Positions 62,837 to 64,000 of a stretch of DNA of 64,000 nucleotides are shown one piece after another. Origin of the DNA: Patescibacteria group bacterium (lineage in GTDB: Bacteria > Patescibacteriota > Patescibacteriia > Patescibacteriales > UBA12465). Position 1 is the first letter of the stretch; every line of letters begins with the position of its first letter. The DNA is taken from contig JBAZTY010000001.1 in NCBI GenBank assembly GCA_041661685.1, forward strand, positions 128,691 to 192,690. Direction: 5' to 3'. Under the pieces are notes generated by a model, which saw only the letters and a list, made by a program, of their open reading frames with translations, ran no database searches and was not told the origin of the DNA. A program made the position numbers and the translations under genes.

Positions 62837-64000
62837 ATGAATAAAAAGCATCTATTAATTACGCTTGGAGGGATTGTTGTAGTCGGCGGTATTATCACCA
62901 GCTTTTTTGTGCGCCAATCAAATTTATCACCAGCCAATTTAGTAAGTGTTCAAAAGGGAGATATAATTCAAGAGATTTCAGCTACAGGAAACGTTGAATC
63001 ACCATCAGATATTAATTTACGATTTAAAAATAGCGGAAAATTAACATCTCTAAAGGTAAAGATAGGGGACGTTGTTAGCGCTGGGCAGATTTTAGCGGAG
63101 CTGGATTCTAGTCAATTAGATGCCGATATAATGGATATGCAGTCCGGAATAAATTTACAAAAAGCTAAATTGAATCAATTGCGAGCTGGCAACTCACAGG
63201 AAAATATAATGTTATCAGAGACAAGTGTCGCTCATGCTAAATCTTCATATGACTCTGCTATTGAGAATTTAGATAAAGTTAAAAATGTAACTGCTATAAA
63301 TATTGCACAAGCGCAAAAAAACTATGACGATATTATAGGAGATACGCCATTTCATGTCACAAACTATGAGCAGGCAGTTAAAACGGCACAAAGTTTTTTG
63401 GAAAACACCATTAAAACTAGTGATCAAAATGTAAAAAATAAAAAAGCTTCTGCTTTAACTGTTGCTGAAGACAAGCTTGGGGTTGCTAGTATAGCTCTTG
63501 ATAATATCCAAAGGCTTTTAGATGATAGTGCTGCTGACAATCTTTTGAGCGTCCTTAATACAAATTACCTATATTTAACAAAAACTAATCTAGATCTAGC
63601 AAAAACTGAATTAACTTTAGCTAAAAATAAATTAATCATTGCTAAAACGAGTCAGGAAGATGATGATATTAACCTAGCTTTTGACTCATCAAATACTGCT
63701 TTAAATCTTAGCTATACCGCTATAACCTACTGTTACCAGGTTTTAGAAAATACTATTACTTCTAGTTCATTTCCTCAGAGCTCCCTTGACTCATATAAAA
63801 GTGCAATAAGTTCACAGCGAACCCTTCTCGGTTCTGCGGTCAGCGCAACACAAATTTCGCAACAAAATATTACCGATGCTTTATTAAGTAAGGAAACAAA
63901 TACAAATAGTGCACAAAAAGCATTAGAACAGTCTAAGGTAACTCTAGAAAACATGAAAATAAACTATTTAAATGCTTTAGAATTGAGCCATTCAAATGGT
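62837..64000 (+). CDS. HlyD/MacA-type periplasmic adaptor (membrane-fusion) protein, 3' end outside the window; not in the supplied ORF track
   Basis: The ATG at 62837 opens a frame that runs to base 64000. TM anchor, then VQKGDIIQEISATGNVESPSDINLRFKNSGKLTSLKVKIGDVVSAGQILAELD (lipoyl/beta-barrel start), then a long coiled-coil. Confidence 0.6.
   Translation, partial: MNKKHLLITLGGIVVVGGIITSFFVRQSNLSPANLVSVQKGDIIQEISATGNVESPSDINLRFKNSGKLTSLKVKIGDVVSAGQILAELDSSQLDADIMDMQSGINLQKAKLNQLRAGNSQENIMLSETSVAHAKSSYDSAIENLDKVKNVTAINIAQAQKNYDDIIGDTPFHVTNYEQAVKTAQSFLENTIKTSDQNVKNKKASALTVAEDKLGVASIALDNIQRLLDDSAADNLLSVLNTNYLYLTKTNLDLAKTELTLAKNKLIIAKTSQEDDDINLAFDSSNTALNLSYTAITYCYQVLENTITSSSFPQSSLDSYKSAISSQRTLLGSAVSATQISQQNITDALLSKETNTNSAQKALEQSKVTLENMKINYLNALELSHSNG

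Larger units (their letters stand above)
57268..64000. mobile_element. AT-rich integrated element / genomic island abutting tRNA-Gln (right end not found; may lie beyond the window)
   Basis: Composition drops right after the tRNA terminator: spot counts give about 33-37% GC here against 45-58% in the lysS/tRNA flank. Contains a serine recombinase, an HUH Rep, orphan ORFs and an ArdC-N-like ORF. Confidence 0.6.

Overview
This window reads as a chromosomal segment from a small-genome, Patescibacteria/CPR-like bacterium. That lineage call is an inference from gene content and style, not from a marker gene. Genes are tightly packed and translate under the standard code. The core has moderate GC: spot counts of 60-nt lines give roughly the mid-40s percent.

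Housekeeping genes present:
- Protein-coding: typA (5' truncated by the window edge), rlmH, HU, an ECF-type sigma factor, mnmA, parA-parB-dnaE, a SEDS protein, L25, prmC-prfA, L31, greA and lysS.
- RNA genes: a type-A RNase P RNA (rnpB), tRNA-Leu(CAA) and tRNA-Gln(CUG).

Accessory content:
1. An operon at 6.8-11.6 kb encodes a fused double ATP-grasp ligase, a Fem/GNAT-fold protein and two SET-domain methyltransferases. It sits beside the HU gene. I rate it the best candidate for an undescribed modification or peptide-building system.
2. Three very large secreted surface proteins (1178, 716 and 1289 aa) lie at 14.6-29.3 kb. A RelE/ParE-XRE toxin-antitoxin pair is wedged between the first two, and a 490-nt apparently structured leader precedes the first.
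3. Two envelope-glycan loci contain an initiating sugar transferase, GT4 and GT2 transferases, a flippase and O-antigen-ligase-like proteins.
4. An AT-rich island starts directly after tRNA-Gln at about 57.3 kb and runs to the window end. It carries a large serine recombinase whose ORF ends antisense inside the tRNA gene, an HUH rolling-circle Rep next to a long hairpin, orphan ORFs, a MarR regulator and a truncated HlyD-type adaptor.

Two features look like unannotated RNA elements:
- A promoter-to-terminator unit of about 345 nt with no ORF, on the minus strand at 32.3-32.7 kb.
- A 107-nt near-perfect hairpin at 5.9 kb.

I found no CRISPR array, no rRNA and no convincing tmRNA. All homology statements come from reading motifs in the supplied translations. 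No database search was run.
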